Source of the DNA: Moniliella sp. 'wahieum' | Taxonomy: Eukaryota | Direction: 5' to 3' | Length of the DNA: 34,739 nt | NCBI GenBank assembly: GCA_003971905.1 | Contig: RSEE01000040.1 | Span: forward strand, 558,001 to 592,739 | Program-made: the position numbers and the translations under genes | Shown here: piece by piece, positions 1 through 12,392 of the stretch | Position numbering within the stretch: position 1 is the stretch's first letter | How the letters are laid out: each line of letters opens with the position of its first letter | The notes under the pieces: generated by a model | Databases searched by the model: none | What the model saw: only the letters and a program-made list of their open reading frames with translations | Told to the model about the DNA's origin: nothing

Positions 1-570
1 GGTGGGGGTGGGACGGGGGAAGTGAGTGAGTTCTGTGGCTTGCGGGTGTGCGAGGGCACCACGCGAAAGATCAGCAGCCATCGGACCATCGCGGACCATG
101 AAGAAAGAAGTGAAGCTCGTCGTGGTCCTGCTGAGTGTGGGGGGAGGTGGGAAGTGCAGAAGCGATGGCGGCCGAAGCTGGTGGTGCCGTTTGCGCAGAG
201 GGAGAGGGCGGGAACAAGGCAGCGAGGGAAAGGTAGAAGGTGCGAGCGACTGGTGCATTTGAGGCAGGAATGTTGGGTGTGGAGGAAGATGTCGGGCAAG
301 GTGGTTGGCTGGTGGTGGTGGTGCGGTGATTGTGGCGGCGGGAGGGGAGGAGGGTAGGGCAGGGGCAGGTCCGCAACGTATGCGTGGCGGCGGATGGCTG
401 CTGCATCATCCCACAAAGGAGAAAGAAGAGGGGGGGGTGGCGGTGGTGTGCGGTCGAATGGAGGCCAGGACGAGGTGGGAAAGAGGGTGGAGGTGACCAG
501 AGGCGGCAGCGAGGGAAGATGTTCGGGCAGCGCCTGCCGTGGGCCTCAACGACTCGCCTATAACCGCGCG
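1..570 (-). other. Possible promoter, 5' UTR and first codons of a gene running off the left edge
   Basis: Minus strand is pyrimidine/CT-rich like the leaders of other genes here. Candidate ATG near 99 opens a frame to the window edge (MVRDGPMAADLSRG...). No recognisable domain. Confidence 0.25.
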
Positions 571-855
571 CCAACCGAGGCTGGACAACAGCGATCAACC
601 GTAGGACTAAGCACGTCCAACCCCGCCTTGTTTTTTTGCTGGCCCCAAGGCGCAACTGCGGGTCAGCGACGGCGGTGCGACGGCACAAACGCCGGTCGTG
701 TGGTTGTGTGAGAACAGGCGGGCAGCGGGCCAGTGTCCGGCGCCCTCCCGCCGCCGCACGGCCTAGACCGATGGGCGGCTCGGCCCAGACTGGGCCCAGA
801 CTCCGGCCCGCCAGGCGCGGTACAGTCGCCCCCCGCTGAACCTCGGTTCTCTCGC

Positions 856-1301
856 ATCATGCATCCCCTGTCCCAAACGATGCATCATCCATCACTCGCA
901 CTCTTCTCAGACGGCGGTCTCAGCTCAATCTCAGCCCAGGCGCCGTGCGCCCGCCTGTCGCATGATGCATGATGCATGATGCATGATGCATGAGTACGAG
1001 TTGCAACAGTGCCTCAGCCTCAGGCAGGTCTAACTCAGTATTGGTACTTGACAAGCTTGACAGTACTCACCGGCCCCAGATCTCAGATCCCCAGACGCAC
1101 TCAGAGATCTCAGAATAGGAGTCTCCGACACTGCCAAGTGCCTGGTCCTGAGGAAGGCGATGGCAATGCCTCCAATACCCCGGAGGACTGACTCAGTACG
1201 TGGGCAGTCACTGCATCCTCGCCCCATCGAACCCCGCAGGAACATTCACCGTCCGCTGGCCTCTGGAGGCAGACGCCAGGACATGTGTGACATGTGACAT
1301 G
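856..1301. repeat. 7-bp TCA/TGA + palindromic-spacer island 1
   Basis: (TGA-TGCA)x4-TGA-GTAC at 963-997; GATC-TCA-GATC at 1079-1089; TGA-CATG-TGA-CATG at 1288-1301; about 11 CTCAG/CTGAG in 900-1200 by hand count. Confidence 0.8.
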
Positions 1302-1884
1302 GGAGTGACAGATGCAGTCCAACACACTAATCATCAACATCAAATATCAATCACAATAGCACTTGAGAGCTTGAGAAGGAGGCACCGTGGCAGGAGTGTG
1401 GTGCTCTTTATTGTGCCCCCATTTTGGTCGCTTTTCGTTCTCCTTCCTTCCGGGTCCTCTCTCTGTCGTGCAGAGATCGTATCCCACATATCATACACAT
1501 ATTTACGGCACACCTTGCTCATTCCCGTACATCAGATTCTCAGAGCCAACATTCTCCACACTCGTTGCATCTTCGTCGCAGCCACGACAGTCTGTCGGTG
1601 CCTTGGATATCGTCCCAAAACTATAGGACGTGCTGAGAGGCGTGCGGACATGAGAAACACAACAACGGCGAAAGAAGACTTGATTAATGCAACTGAATGC
1701 ATGCTCCGCTTAGCCCATTTCATGCCGGCGCTTTCCTTTTACCCTCGGGCTCCTTTCCGTACGTCTGCTCGTAGTTTTGTAGTCCGCGAGGGAGGTGTGT
1801 GGGGAGTGTTCTATCTGAGATATATATCAGCGCGAGTGTCTCACTTCCACATTGCGCGTGTATTGTATGTTCCTGTATGTTCGG

Positions 1885-2046
1885 TCAAGCTTCAGCTTCA
1901 AGCTTCAAGCTCAAGCTTCAAGCTTCAAGGTTGTCGGAGCCGCACTTGCCTTCACATTTGTCACATGTGCATGTCACGACGGACAATGGGATCGTTGACG
2001 CGTTGAGGTGTTGACGGTCGGGAAAGGTGATGCATGATGTGCATGA
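1885..2046. repeat. 7-bp TCA/TGA + palindromic-spacer island 2
   Basis: (TCA-AGCT)n array at 1885-1927 with two 1-nt-short units; TCA-CATG..CATG-TCA at 1961-1976; TGA-CGCG at 1996; TGA-TGCA-TGA at 2028. Confidence 0.8.
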
Positions 2047-3019
2047 GGGATGGTTGGACGGTACCGCAGCACCAGCTGGGCCAGTGCGGCAGTGACCGGT
2101 ACCGACATCCATTTGGGGAGAGAAGTTTTGTGGGGACCTCAACTGGCATCATGTAGCGCGTGTGCGGGGTTTGGAAGGCTCCGCTCACCGAGTTCTGTCG
2201 CGTTCATCAAAACTTATTGAAGACAAAGGACCAACAACTGCGCCTACTTACCAGTCTTGCTCATCCGGCGTGTGCTCTGTTAGAGCGCTTAGCTGGTCTC
2301 AACGTTCCACCTATGCAAGAGATTTTCGTCGGGTCGCCAGCAGGTCTGGGCCCCCTTCATTCGCTTTTCCGAAGGCCGAATGTTGCGCCAGTGGATACTG
2401 AGGGTGGCAGACATGTGGACGATGAACCATCGTGTCTGTAGCAATAAGACTCCTCTTCTCTGCAACCATATCATTGACGAACTTAAGGCTGCGGGACAAA
2501 GAACCGCTGCGGATAAACTGACCCGTTCATCCAGCGTGAGTTGCTTGATAACTTCAGGAAAAGAGTCTCAAAAATTGCAGGAGTCCTGTAGGCGATCTTG
2601 ATGGCATCTCTCATGATCATGTACTTTAGTCACGTCGGTAGAAGAGATGTGTGCGCGGCGGCCCCGTTCCACCTCTGTTTGCCCCTCCTTGTTTGCGCTC
2701 CGGGCCGCCTCCCCTGATTGCATCCACAACGCCTCTTCCCCAGCCTTGCTCGCCTGCCACTGCCCCAAGATGATGGAAGCATATGTGGTAAAACCCGTGA
2801 TTGTGCAAAACGTTGAATCCTCCGTCCTCCCACACACTACTCCCTTGGATGCTCTTACTACCACCCCTTCTGTTATGCCTTCACGCATCCACCGTTATAA
2901 GACCACGAGGCCGTGGCCAGGATGACGAGCGATGGTCGTCACATGTCGTTAAGTTATGGCCGAGACTCTAAGTGGGCGTTGGTGGCATAGCACGTGTCTC
3001 CCTATCGTTCTCGCCGATT

Positions 3020-5035
3020 CTAGATGAATGGTTTGTGTCGTGCCCTTGGATGCACACTGCAGCTCACGGGGTCTGCAAGCTTTGATATGGTCACAACTAA
3101 CATTGGTACTGATACTATACACGTGCGGGAGAGAACGAGAAGGTGGGGCCCAATGACCAAAAGAATGTGCAACATCACTGCGGGGACCAGTTGTGCTGTG
3201 CCTGGCGCAAACGGTTCTTCCTCGCCTTCACCTACCAAGCCCAACGCATTTTCTCGCGCCCGCGCGGCAGCCAGGGTCCGAGGGGAGTCGGATACCTCGT
3301 CGTCGTCGGCACTGGCACCTCGGCTGGCACCCGCTCCTTGTGTAGGCGCCAAACTTAATGGCGCGGGATAAGGCGGGCACTCGAGGTTTGGGCCGAGTCG
3401 AGTACCCAATGCGATCGGGGCTAAAGAAAGTTTGGGACGTACAGGCATGGCCGGTGCGGGAGCTGACGGGGGTGAGGAGGTGGTGTCACAAGAAGCTGGT
3501 GGAGGCTGGTGTAGGGTAACGGGCCGGGGCAGGGTAGGTAGGCTGCGCAGGACGAGCCGTATTTCTCGCGTCGCAGGCTCATCCCAAACTGGGTTGGAGG
3601 TGCCAATGGTCAATCGGAACCAGCCCTTGAGCCAAAGCTTTACTTCGTCCCTTCTGCTTTGGCCGAATGGGCGCCGCGATGGCTCCAGGTCAAGGGCAGC
3701 CTCTTCCTTGGTCAGAGGTGGCGGATGCACAGAGGGTTCCGTCTCGGTTTCCGATTCACTGACACTAGAGGAAGAAGCATGACCTAGATGCGTCGCGTTG
3801 GACGCCATTCTCCCCCGTGGCCGTGCCGTAGTAGGCGTTGGGACGGACGCGGTAACGGAGGACATGCCTCCCGGTCGCCCAGGTCTGGGGGTCGCAGGGC
3901 CATCGGAGCCACGAGGTAAGACCATCCCGGCTTGGGGTTGGAATAAGAGACGGTTGGGATGTTTGGGAATCTTGACTGGCGGAGGTCCTTCGGGGCCCCA
4001 GCCCCAAGCACCTGCGACAAAATGGGCCATTGATTGTTGCATGCCCTTGCTCTGCGCGACATTGAGCCAGGGGTGGGCGAGCATAGCGCGGGGCGTCCGA
4101 CGGAGCGCTGGATTTTTGTTCAGCGTATTTTTGAGAAACTGCGAAAGTAGTTGCTCCACTTGACCTGTGCCGTGTCAGGGCGGCAAGGTGGGTGGGGGAT
4201 CATTGAGAACCATCATCACCATCTCCACAGGACTCAAGTGAGCTTCGTTACCGACCAGGTACGGATTGTTCCCCGTAGCAACTTGGTAGATGGTCAGACC
4301 CAAGGACCAAACGTCACCGTTGATCCCGCACGGATGGCCCTCCAGCCGTTCGGGGGCCATGTACATGCTTGTTCCCGTGAACGTGCCGGCAATCGAGTCC
4401 ACCAGCACACCCGACACGCCAAAGTCGCACAGCTTGGTCTGGCCATCGGCTGTGAGAAGGATGTTGGAAGGCTTGATGTCGCGATGACCACACCCTGAGA
4501 GTGGAGGTAATCGAGACCAGAAGAACGCTGAAGGAATTGTGGCCATACTTTTTCCGAAATCTGCACCACCCCAACTTGTGGTACCGTTGCGAGATGGCCA
4601 GGAGCGAGCCGCCGGCACAGTACTCCATGCAGATGGAGATGACCGTGTCTTCCGCCTCGAGGAAGGAGCCAAAGTAGCGCACAATGTAGGGGCTGACACA
4701 ACGGCTGTTGATGTCGAGCTCGCGCAAGATCTTGGCAAACACTTCGGGCTCAGGGTGGTCGAAATGGTTTTTTTGGCCAGGACAAAGCCGGTCGGACGAT
4801 GCACGGCCTGATAGACTTGCCCGCTGATTCCCTCGCCGAGCGCCTTGATGGGGACAATGTCTGAGGGCGTGGAGAGGTCGAGGTCAAAGTGCCGCTGTCA
4901 TGGAGCGTGGGGGAGCGGGGGCCATCGGGGGGCAGGCTGCCGTCGGAGGAGCGCGCGGCGGCCGACGGCGCTCCGTAGCTGGTCAGCGAGAGAGCGGGGA
5001 GGCCCGGTCGGGGGCGGCGGCGGACCCAGGACCAT
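3020..5035 (-). CDS. MKK1: MAP kinase kinase, Mkk1/Mkk2/Pek1 (cell-wall-integrity) type, with long C-terminal extension; several apparent assembly frameshifts
   Basis: Stitched frames give [129 protein letters not shown]. Start ATG 5035 inferred. 3' end uncertain (~3020-3180). Confidence 0.85.
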
Positions 5036-5335
5036 GGCGGGGACGGCGGCAGGCAGCTGGCACGAGAAGGTGGTGGTGGTGGTGGCGGTGGTGGACTGGG
5101 TGGAGGGGGCGAGGCGGGGCGGGGCTAGCGGCGGAATGCCCGGTGGTTGCGTCTGTGCGGCTGCGTTGCCAGGCGAGGGGATTCGAGTATGGGTTACGTA
5201 ACCGATTGGCACGGCCTGGCCTTTCCTTGTCCAAACTGTGCACTAGCGTAGATTAGTACCTGCCCATCAGTCTCGTCCCCTACAGCGATTCAGCCTCACC
5301 TGCCTCGTCTGCTCCAGCGCACGCAGCTGCCAAGA

Positions 5336-5430
5336 CGATGGCATGGCGGCCACGGCAATGGCGATGGCGATGGCGATGGTGATGGCAATAATGATGACGA
5401 TGAAGATGGCAATGGCAAGAATGGCAATGC
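5336..5430. repeat. Degenerate ATGGCR hexamer microsatellite in the UTP21 3' flank
   Basis: Repeated atggcg/atggca/atggtg units just downstream of the UTP21 stop. Confidence 0.7.
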
Positions 5431-5456
5431 AGTTTTGTTTTTCTCGACGGGCCTTC

Positions 5457-8400
5457 TTACGCCAGTGGCATGTCGCGCAGGAAGGCCAGCGTGCCAGTGC
5501 AGTAGTCCAGCAGATCCATCACGCGCGTGGCCTGGGTTGGAGTTGGACCATGAGCTGCTCAGCGCCGCGCGCAGCAAGGCACTTGCCTCCCCGTCGCCCT
5601 GCCTGCCGCGGCCTCGTCCATCTGAACATCCCCGCTGGCGTCCACCGTCGCGCCATGGAGGATCAGCTCGTCCTGATGCAGCTTGAGGAACACGGCGAGC
5701 AGCGCCTGCACCGCCTCAAAGTCTTGCCCCGCCTCAAGGCGGAGCGTGAGGATTTGGAGGAACCAACGCAGCTCTTCCGGCAGCATCAGCGAGCGCAGCT
5801 CCACGTCCAGCTGCGGCGGTGTCAACGCATTCAGGTAAAGGAAGAAGGCACCCGACTTTCCCTCATGCAGCGCCTGCTTCAGACGGCGCACAAAGTCCGA
5901 TTCAACATCAAACATGCCGGTCGTGATGCGCGATTCGGCCGCCAGTTCGTCCCCGAGGCCCGGGCGGGATTTGGCCTCGTCCAGGTCCCACGACGAGGTG
6001 GTTCCCGCCACTTGGGGAGGAAGAAAGGCGCCTTCTCCGGCGCCTTGGGTGCTTCAATAGGCTTGTCCCTCGCCTTGATCATGTCCAGGTTCAACAGTGT
6101 CATCCAGCGTGAGCGAGGCATGGTGCTCAATGTGACCAGCGGCTCGTCTTGATCAAACATCTGCGGCGGCTGGTGTACACTGGGCCACCCACTTGCTCGC
6201 CTTCTTCCTCGCTTGGGCCCAGCGCTGACGGCGCTTGCGCCGCGCCAGCCAACGAAGGCATCGTCACCTCCTGCACCAACGCATCCTCATCGATCGCCTT
6301 GAGCGCCACATTGGCAAAGAGCGACCGATTGGCCCACAGGTACACGCCCAACACCCCCACGTGGGTTGTGGCCAAAAAGTCGAGGGTGGGTGACAGACTG
6401 ACACTGGTGGCTGTCGAAGGCGTACGGAAGACATCGACGAGGGTGGAGGTGGGGATATCAAATGTACGCACCACACTGTCCTCCGAAGTGGTAACGAGCC
6501 AGCGCGAGTCGGACGAGAGGCACATGTCGAGCACCTTGGCACGGAACCCACTAAACTGACGCACCATCCGCCTCGTCTCGAGGTCCAGCAGAACAACCGT
6601 CAAGTCTGCCAGCGAGATGGCAATCAGGTCGGCCTCGCGCGAATACACAACCTTTTGTGGCTCAGCCTCCAGCTCAATCGTCTCGAGCAGGTTGCCCGAG
6701 TAAAAGTCATAAAAGCGCACGTAACGGTCCGTAGTGCAGATAGCTACTGTGCGGTTCTTGTTGTCCATCACAGCGCCAGTCACGCGAGCACCGAGACCGA
6801 TACGAGCATCGGACTCTGCCTTGGTCCGCTTAGGTCCAGCAGGTAGCTTTTGCGCCGCATTCCACGCGGCTTGATTGATGGGCCGAGTATCAAACACGCG
6901 ACGCCTGCGCGCCGATTGCATGTAGTAGCACTCCACCTTACCTCTCGTAGTGCCAACAAGAGTAAAGTTTCCGCACGCACTGACAAAGGAGGTGGTTGCT
7001 TCGGCTTGCCCCGTGCTGAGAACATGGTTGGTCATGCGCTTGTCCCATACGGTCCAAGTCCGAGCCCAGGGAGAACCGCTGTGGGTAGTGACACATCGGC
7101 CCAGTCGCGGGAACGCGTCAGACTGAAGGACAAGTTGGTCGTCACGGGTAGCTTGAGAGTGCGCGGGTCGACACCGAGTTGGCGCGCGCGACGCTGGATC
7201 GAACCTGCAAAAAGGGGTACAAAGTCAGAAAGATGGAAACGGTAAAGAGGTAAAGACAATCCAACACGCACCTTGACTCAATTCAAAGCTCCTGCTATCG
7301 CGGACGATCGACAGGCAGCGCACCGACAGGTCACGCGAAGCGGTCAATAAGTTCTTGCCGTTATCGCCATAGTGGCGAACAATGTGAGGGGGCTCAAAGT
7401 GACCCCCGCGCGATTTGAGGAGCCGTGGGGGGGCCCTCCCGCAGAAGCATCGTCGAGCCATCCAGCGCCGCATTCCCTCCCAACTTGGAGTCGGTGATGG
7501 CAGCGTCAGGGTCATCAAAGAACCATTGCTTGTACGAGTTGTCCGCCGACGAGGAAATTAGCAGTGGTTGCCCCGGAACAAAGGCCAGCCCTCCCACCGC
7601 ACGCTCGTGAGCATTGCGAATGACGTGCAACACGCGGGCAGGTCGTGGGACCGCGTTTGGGCAGTTGGATCGGACGATGCAACAGGAGCGTGAACTCCGT
7701 CCAGGCTGTAGATGGCGATGGTCCCGTTCGTACCGGCCAGGGCAATAGTATGCTGCTTCTCCAGTCGCTCCGGAACGAAATCCCGTCTCGGGCCAAGACG
7801 TCGACGTCAGAACTTTGCTCGGCGCCCTGATCGGATGAGGGGGAAAGGCGGAGATGGAAAATTGGCTCATCGAGACGAACGTCGTGGATCAGCACGTGAC
7901 CACTGGCGTACCCAATCGCAACAATGTCCAGCGCAGGGCTTTGCTCCAGGGCAACCACCCGCTTTCCGGCCTCTTCGACGGGACCTTGAAGCGCTTGAGG
8001 GTTGGCCAGGCCATAGAGATGGTCGGCCCCAAACGCGTGCACGCGTTTCCCGCTTCGCACATTCCACACTTCCACACTGCCGTCAGAGAAGCCAACAAGG
8101 ACCTTGTTGAGATGGGTGTCTGGGTGAACCAGCGAGGTGGCTCTCCGCTCCGTTTCTGTCGCGCCCAAAAGCAAGTCCACCCTCTTTACGCTCACTGTAC
8201 CTTCCAACAGACCCCATGTAAAAGCCACCGCCCGTCCGTCGACAAGGCACAAACAGTGTGGCCAAAGACAATCATGCGGGCCAAGGGGGTGGGTGTGTCG
8301 AGCTGCTCTTCCATGTAGAGCAAGTTGTGCGGAAGGGTGACCGCTTGGTCCTCGTCCCTCTCACGAAGAGGAGCTCGAGTCTGAATCTGAATCAGAGTCG

Positions 8401-8986
8401 GAGTCGGAGTCGGAGTCGGAATCCGAGGTCGAGCTCGAGCCTGAGGCCGAGTCGGAATCTGAGGCCTGGGCACGGCGGGCGGCCTTGGCGGCGTTGGCAC
8501 GGCGGGTAAGAGCAATCTGCTGCTTATCCTCTGCCGAGAGCCACGTGTTGTACTTCTCAACAATGTGGGAGCGATTGAAGCGGTAGATGGAGCCGCCCTG
8601 GTACGCTACCAGGAGACCGTCGGGGCTGGTCGAATGGGCGAGGGCAACAATGGGACCGCCGCCCTGGGACTCGGGTGGAGGAGGGGGACCGACAAAGAGG
8701 AGGCGCATGGGGCTGCGTCCCACAGAGACCATGTGTCCAGCCCACCGGCGCCGGGAAGAGCGGTGACGATGGTGACATCGGCCGCCTTGGCGTCTTTACC
8801 GCCGCGCGGCGGACCTGCAGCGCAAACGGCACCGCGCCCAGATGTACCCAATGGCACGGAAGGGGACGTAGAGGCGGGAGGATGCATGGACGGTGGACGC
8901 GCGCGCCGGTGGTTGTGGTTGTTGGTGGGGGTGGGCGGGGCAGGTGGCCCCAGGGACGGGACTTCGAGCCTGGCTTTCTTGCCCAT
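5457..8986 (-). CDS. UTP21: U3 snoRNP / SSU processome WD40 protein Utp21 (WDR36); one intron (7205-7271); multiple apparent assembly frameshifts
   Basis: N-terminal SRLYVPFRAIGY..VPFALQ; LVHPDTHLNKVLVG; QSPALDIVAIG; SSADNSYKQWFFD; RSFELSQG; SACGNFTLVGT; DSRWLVTTSEDSVVRTFDIPT; LVTLSTMPRSRWMTLLNLDMIKARDKPIEAPKAPEKAPFFLP; DFEAVQALLAVFLKLH; ends LLDYCTGTLAFLRDMPLA*. Intron GTGCGT...CTGAC...GCAG. Confidence 0.92.
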
Positions 8987-9029
8987 CTGGCCGGGGTGCG
9001 GTGGTGGAGAAGCGTGGCAAGCTGGCCCT

Positions 9030-9080
9030 CGAAAAAAAAAATCAGAGCAGGCGGGGGTTCGGATCGCTGCAAATTTTTCG
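9030..9080 (-). promoter_or_regulatory. RRPE-like (GAAAAATTT) and weak PAC-like (GCGATCC) elements plus a poly(dA:dT) tract upstream of UTP21
   Basis: Minus strand CGAAAAATTTGCAGCGATCC at 9061-9080 and T10 tract at 9032-9041, 45-95 bp upstream of the ATG of a ribosome-biogenesis gene. Confidence 0.45.
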
Positions 9081-9758
9081 TGGCCCACGTAGCGCGTCCC
9101 AGTTTCAACTTTCACAAGCGGCAGCGCCAGACGATACCCAGCGCAGTCACGTGCTGCCTCCCGTGCCTACCCCGCCTCGGCCTGCCCCCGCTTCGCTTCG
9201 GTGCCTCTCGGTCAGTGCGGGGTAGGCTGGCTTACAGGGTGGCCCCCACCGGCTCTGCGTTGGTATGCGAAACATCGGCGGCTGCTGGGCGGCTGCTGGG
9301 CTGCGTTGGACAGGGAAAGCGCGGCGGGCAGGGCGGCGCACAGGATGCTCAGCGTGCGCGCGGTTCACGGTAATAGACGCGCTGGCCGCCGGGTAGATCT
9401 ATATGCGGGAGAGTGCGGTGGGCGGGCACACGGAAGGTGCGCAGCGCCATCGGGAGAGTGGTGGGTGCTGCGTACTAGGTACTAGCCGCAACAGCAGAGC
9501 AGTGGTGGCGCGGCTGGGAATCACATGCTGATCGTCCCCGTTAGTCCGATACCTGAGTCTCCGGCTGAGGCCTCAGGACCAGGTCCATGCACGGGGGTTA
9601 TTAGCACTGCCTGGCACTGCCTCGCCCGCCTCGCACCTGTGCTCTCCCCCCACAATCGAACCGTCTCGGGTTTAAATTGATCGCCACGGCACCCCACACT
9701 ACCATCCAATCTGCCCCCCCCCGATTTAGGAGCGCCTGCCCACCCCCACCTTCGCATT

Positions 9759-10589
9759 ATGCCACCGCAGCCCCCCTCGGCCGAGCCACCGTCGTACACC
9801 CCCCTGCCCCCGCGCCCCCCCCGCTGGTCCATGCGTCTACGCCCTCGTCATCTCTCCCCGCTGGCCCCGAGACCCAGGGGGCGCAGAGGATGAGACGGCT
9901 GCCGTCAATGCAACGCTGGAAAGCTGGTCCCAGGCTGAGACCAAGCGTCGCAAGTCTGTCCGTCAAGCTCGCCGCGCCGAGGCTCTGGGCGACGTCGCCA
10001 CTGGCTCACCCACCGCCCATCCGACGCATGTCGACCCGCCGTCGTCGTAACCAAGGCCATACCCGGCATCGCGATGACTCTCTCGCATCCGCCGCTGTGA
10101 ACGATCCCAGCGGAAGGAGTAGTGGCTGCAACGAAGCACGAATCTCCCCCTTCCGCTTTCCCCTCACCACCGGCTCAACGTACTGGCGTTTCCGACGAAT
10201 GCGCATCCGCCTTCGGCTCAAACAGTGCAAGTCTGATTGATCATCAAGAAGTAAACATGTTCCAGACCGCGACCGAAGGGACATCGCCTTTATCCAACCA
10301 GCCAAATTCCCACCCCACCACGCCCTACCGAGGCGAGCAAAACTCGCATTCGTCCCATTGTGACGGCCGGCCCTGCGCCGGTAAGGAGTATGCGGACAGT
10401 ACAGCTGGGACAACCGACCGAAAGGTATCAGACCATACCCCGGTAGAAGAAGCGCACCGAGACGAGAGCAAGCAAGAAATGACGCAGGACACGACGCGCG
10501 GGTTCTGGCTGACCGACTTGCTCTGCTGCAACATTGATTCTTCCCCAAACGAGGAAGAGCAAGCAGGCAAAACGAATCCGAACGAGTGA
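9759..10589 (+). CDS. Hypothetical protein (basidiomycete-type, C-terminal WxxDLLCC...QAGKTNPxE motif); frameshifted in assembly
   Basis: MPPQPPSAEPPSYTPLPP start, helical segment AEDETAAVNATLESWSQAETKRRKSVRQARR in another frame, C-terminus FWLTDLLCCNIDSSPNEEEQAGKTNPNE*. Resembles an uncharacterised basidiomycete family recalled from memory; not database-checked. Confidence 0.6.
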
Positions 10590-10699
10590 GGTCCGACGAC
10601 TGCAACAGAGAGTCTGCCTTTTACCGCATTCAGTGTTTAGTCCCTTGCTCTTCCCTGTGAGTCTACAATCGCAACACAGTCCATCCTCCTGCCACATTG

Positions 10700-10960
10700 A
10701 GAGCAATGCAACTGTCTTTTGTTTGCGCCTCTTGTCTATACGTCTTTTTGGTATTCGTAGTTGTACCGTTTCTGGCGACTTGCGGTTTTACATCCTGTTT
10801 CTTGTTCTTGCTGTGTTTTTCTCTGAGAATGTCGCGACGGTCCGCACACCAGCCACTGGGCATATCCCTCGAGAATGGATTTCGTTACCAGGGCTGAATT
10901 GATCTTGAGTGACGATGCTACCACTCTTAAGAGAGGGGGAGTGAAAGTAGCTGCGCTTAT
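10700..10960 (+). mobile_element. Decayed Ty1/copia 3' end (RNase H tail, PPT, start of 3' LTR)
   Basis: Degenerate ENVA(D)G..PLG....FR motif at ~10825-10897, then polypurine tract AAGAGAGGGGGAG (10929-10941) directly followed by TG at 10942. LTR end not found. Confidence 0.4.
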
Positions 10961-11325
10961 CGAGCTCATAATATCCTCAGTATTGCAAATGTGAATGTAT
11001 GGCATGTGCATCAAGGTATTGCGCCCTCGCTCCACCAAGCACAAATATAGTACCGCTCGCGGACCGCACCCAAACCCACGGCACTCGTCTTGCGAGACTC
11101 ATGCTCTCTAGCCAGCACGACGACCAGCATCAGTCATGGATGAGCGCACTGGCCCACAGCGAGAGGCCGATCTGATGAAGCGGTGCTTTTTGGAAGGCCA
11201 GGGTTCGCGTCCTGAGGACGCTAAGCGTTAAGAGAGAAAAAAAGGACGAGCTTGCAGTGCCAAAGCTGGCTTTATATACTTGCTTGTCCTGGCCCACTGT
11301 GTTCCGCCGCCTGAATTTTGAGCTG

Positions 11326-11372
11326 CCTAGTCACTAGTCACGCGATCATGCGTCATGGATGCATATCACGTG
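11326..11372. repeat. 7-bp TCA + palindromic-spacer island 3
   Basis: CTAG-TCA-CTAG-TCA-CGCG-(A)TCA-TGCG-TCA at 11327-11355. Confidence 0.7.
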
Positions 11373-11533
11373 CACGACGCGCACAGGACGGGGATTGAAC
11401 GTTGACTAGGTTGACTGGATATTGCGTAGCGTGTCTCGATGGGCGTTTCTGTGCATCGTTATCGACGTTATCGCGTTAATCAGCTTCACGTTTCCGTGTA
11501 TCGTTATCAGCTTCACACATCTTGCATGCCCCT

Positions 11534-11828
11534 TGTTGAGCGCGCTCAGGCTGAGCCCTGATGTATGTCTGATGGCTCGTGCATTTGGCATCAGGGACCC
11601 TCTAGACCCTCCTCACAGGCCCTCATGCCTCAGACGTAGGAATTCCGTTGGTCTCTCCGCTTCTGTTTTCCCTGTTCCGCAGCAGCCTATAATAGCTGCT
11701 GGTGGACTGGCTGCTTTTGGTATCCCTCCTATCAGGTGCTCTCGGTAGCTTCGACCACCACCACCACTAGTGCGATTCCCTCAATCTCAAGGCCCTTCGC
11801 GACTCCAGCTCTCATCAAAGTATCAACA
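11534..11828 (+). repeat. Candidate 5' LTR of the copia remnant
   Basis: TGTTGA...TCAACA termini (295 bp), internal TATAAT at ~11688, located ~95 bp before the gag-like ATG at 11923. No canonical PBS or matching second LTR. Confidence 0.35.
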
Positions 11829-12392
11829 GAGCTACAACTCTTCGTTCGGCCAGCAAGCAACCGCGAACCCAGCTCACACTTTCCTTATTTCCATCCCCTT
11901 CTTCTGGCGTATTTCGGCAACCATGAGTGACACTCCCAAGCAAACACATCTGCTCCCGAAGACCGCAGAAGAATGGCCCAAATCCCAAATTCCGCCTCCT
12001 CTTCCTACCGAAGCACTCACCCTCGAACGTGACTTTCACGGGCCAAAGATCAGCTCCGCCAATACCACACTCTTCTCACTGCTCTTGAAGTACAGGATGA
12101 CCTCGTGGATTCCAAGGTCACCAACGAAAAGTATTTTGATTTTAGGTTCCTGTTAAGCGCTTTCTCGGATCGATACTCATCTCTCGAAAAGGATATGGTG
12201 AAAATCGTCGGGGATCTGTTAAGCCTGTGCGCAGCGACCAGTCCCTCCTTCGACGGTCCATCGTGCGCAAGGACGAAGAATTGCGTAGACTGTTGTGCGA
12301 TAGCATGCTCGACGTCTACATGACAGATTTGTTTTCCCCTTCCGCCCTTCCGCCCCTCCCGCCCACCCAACCCAACGCAAGATCCATCATAT

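Noticed and set aside
5343..6152. Long + strand ORF (269 aa) and similar antisense ORFs such as 33355-34272 and 15762-16919
   Set aside because: Shadow ORFs of real GC-rich genes. The MAMAMA start comes from a microsatellite; only the C-terminal part of 15762-16919 is real (URA4).
8361..8465. Ser/Asp repeat (SDSDSD...) from a hexamer repeat
   Set aside because: Ordinary low-complexity loop insertion within UTP21.
11137..11220. TGATGA...CTGA suggesting a C/D snoRNA, or CTGATGA as a hammerhead core
   Set aside because: Box spacing is only ~45 nt with no convincing terminal stem, and there is no GAAA after a stem II.
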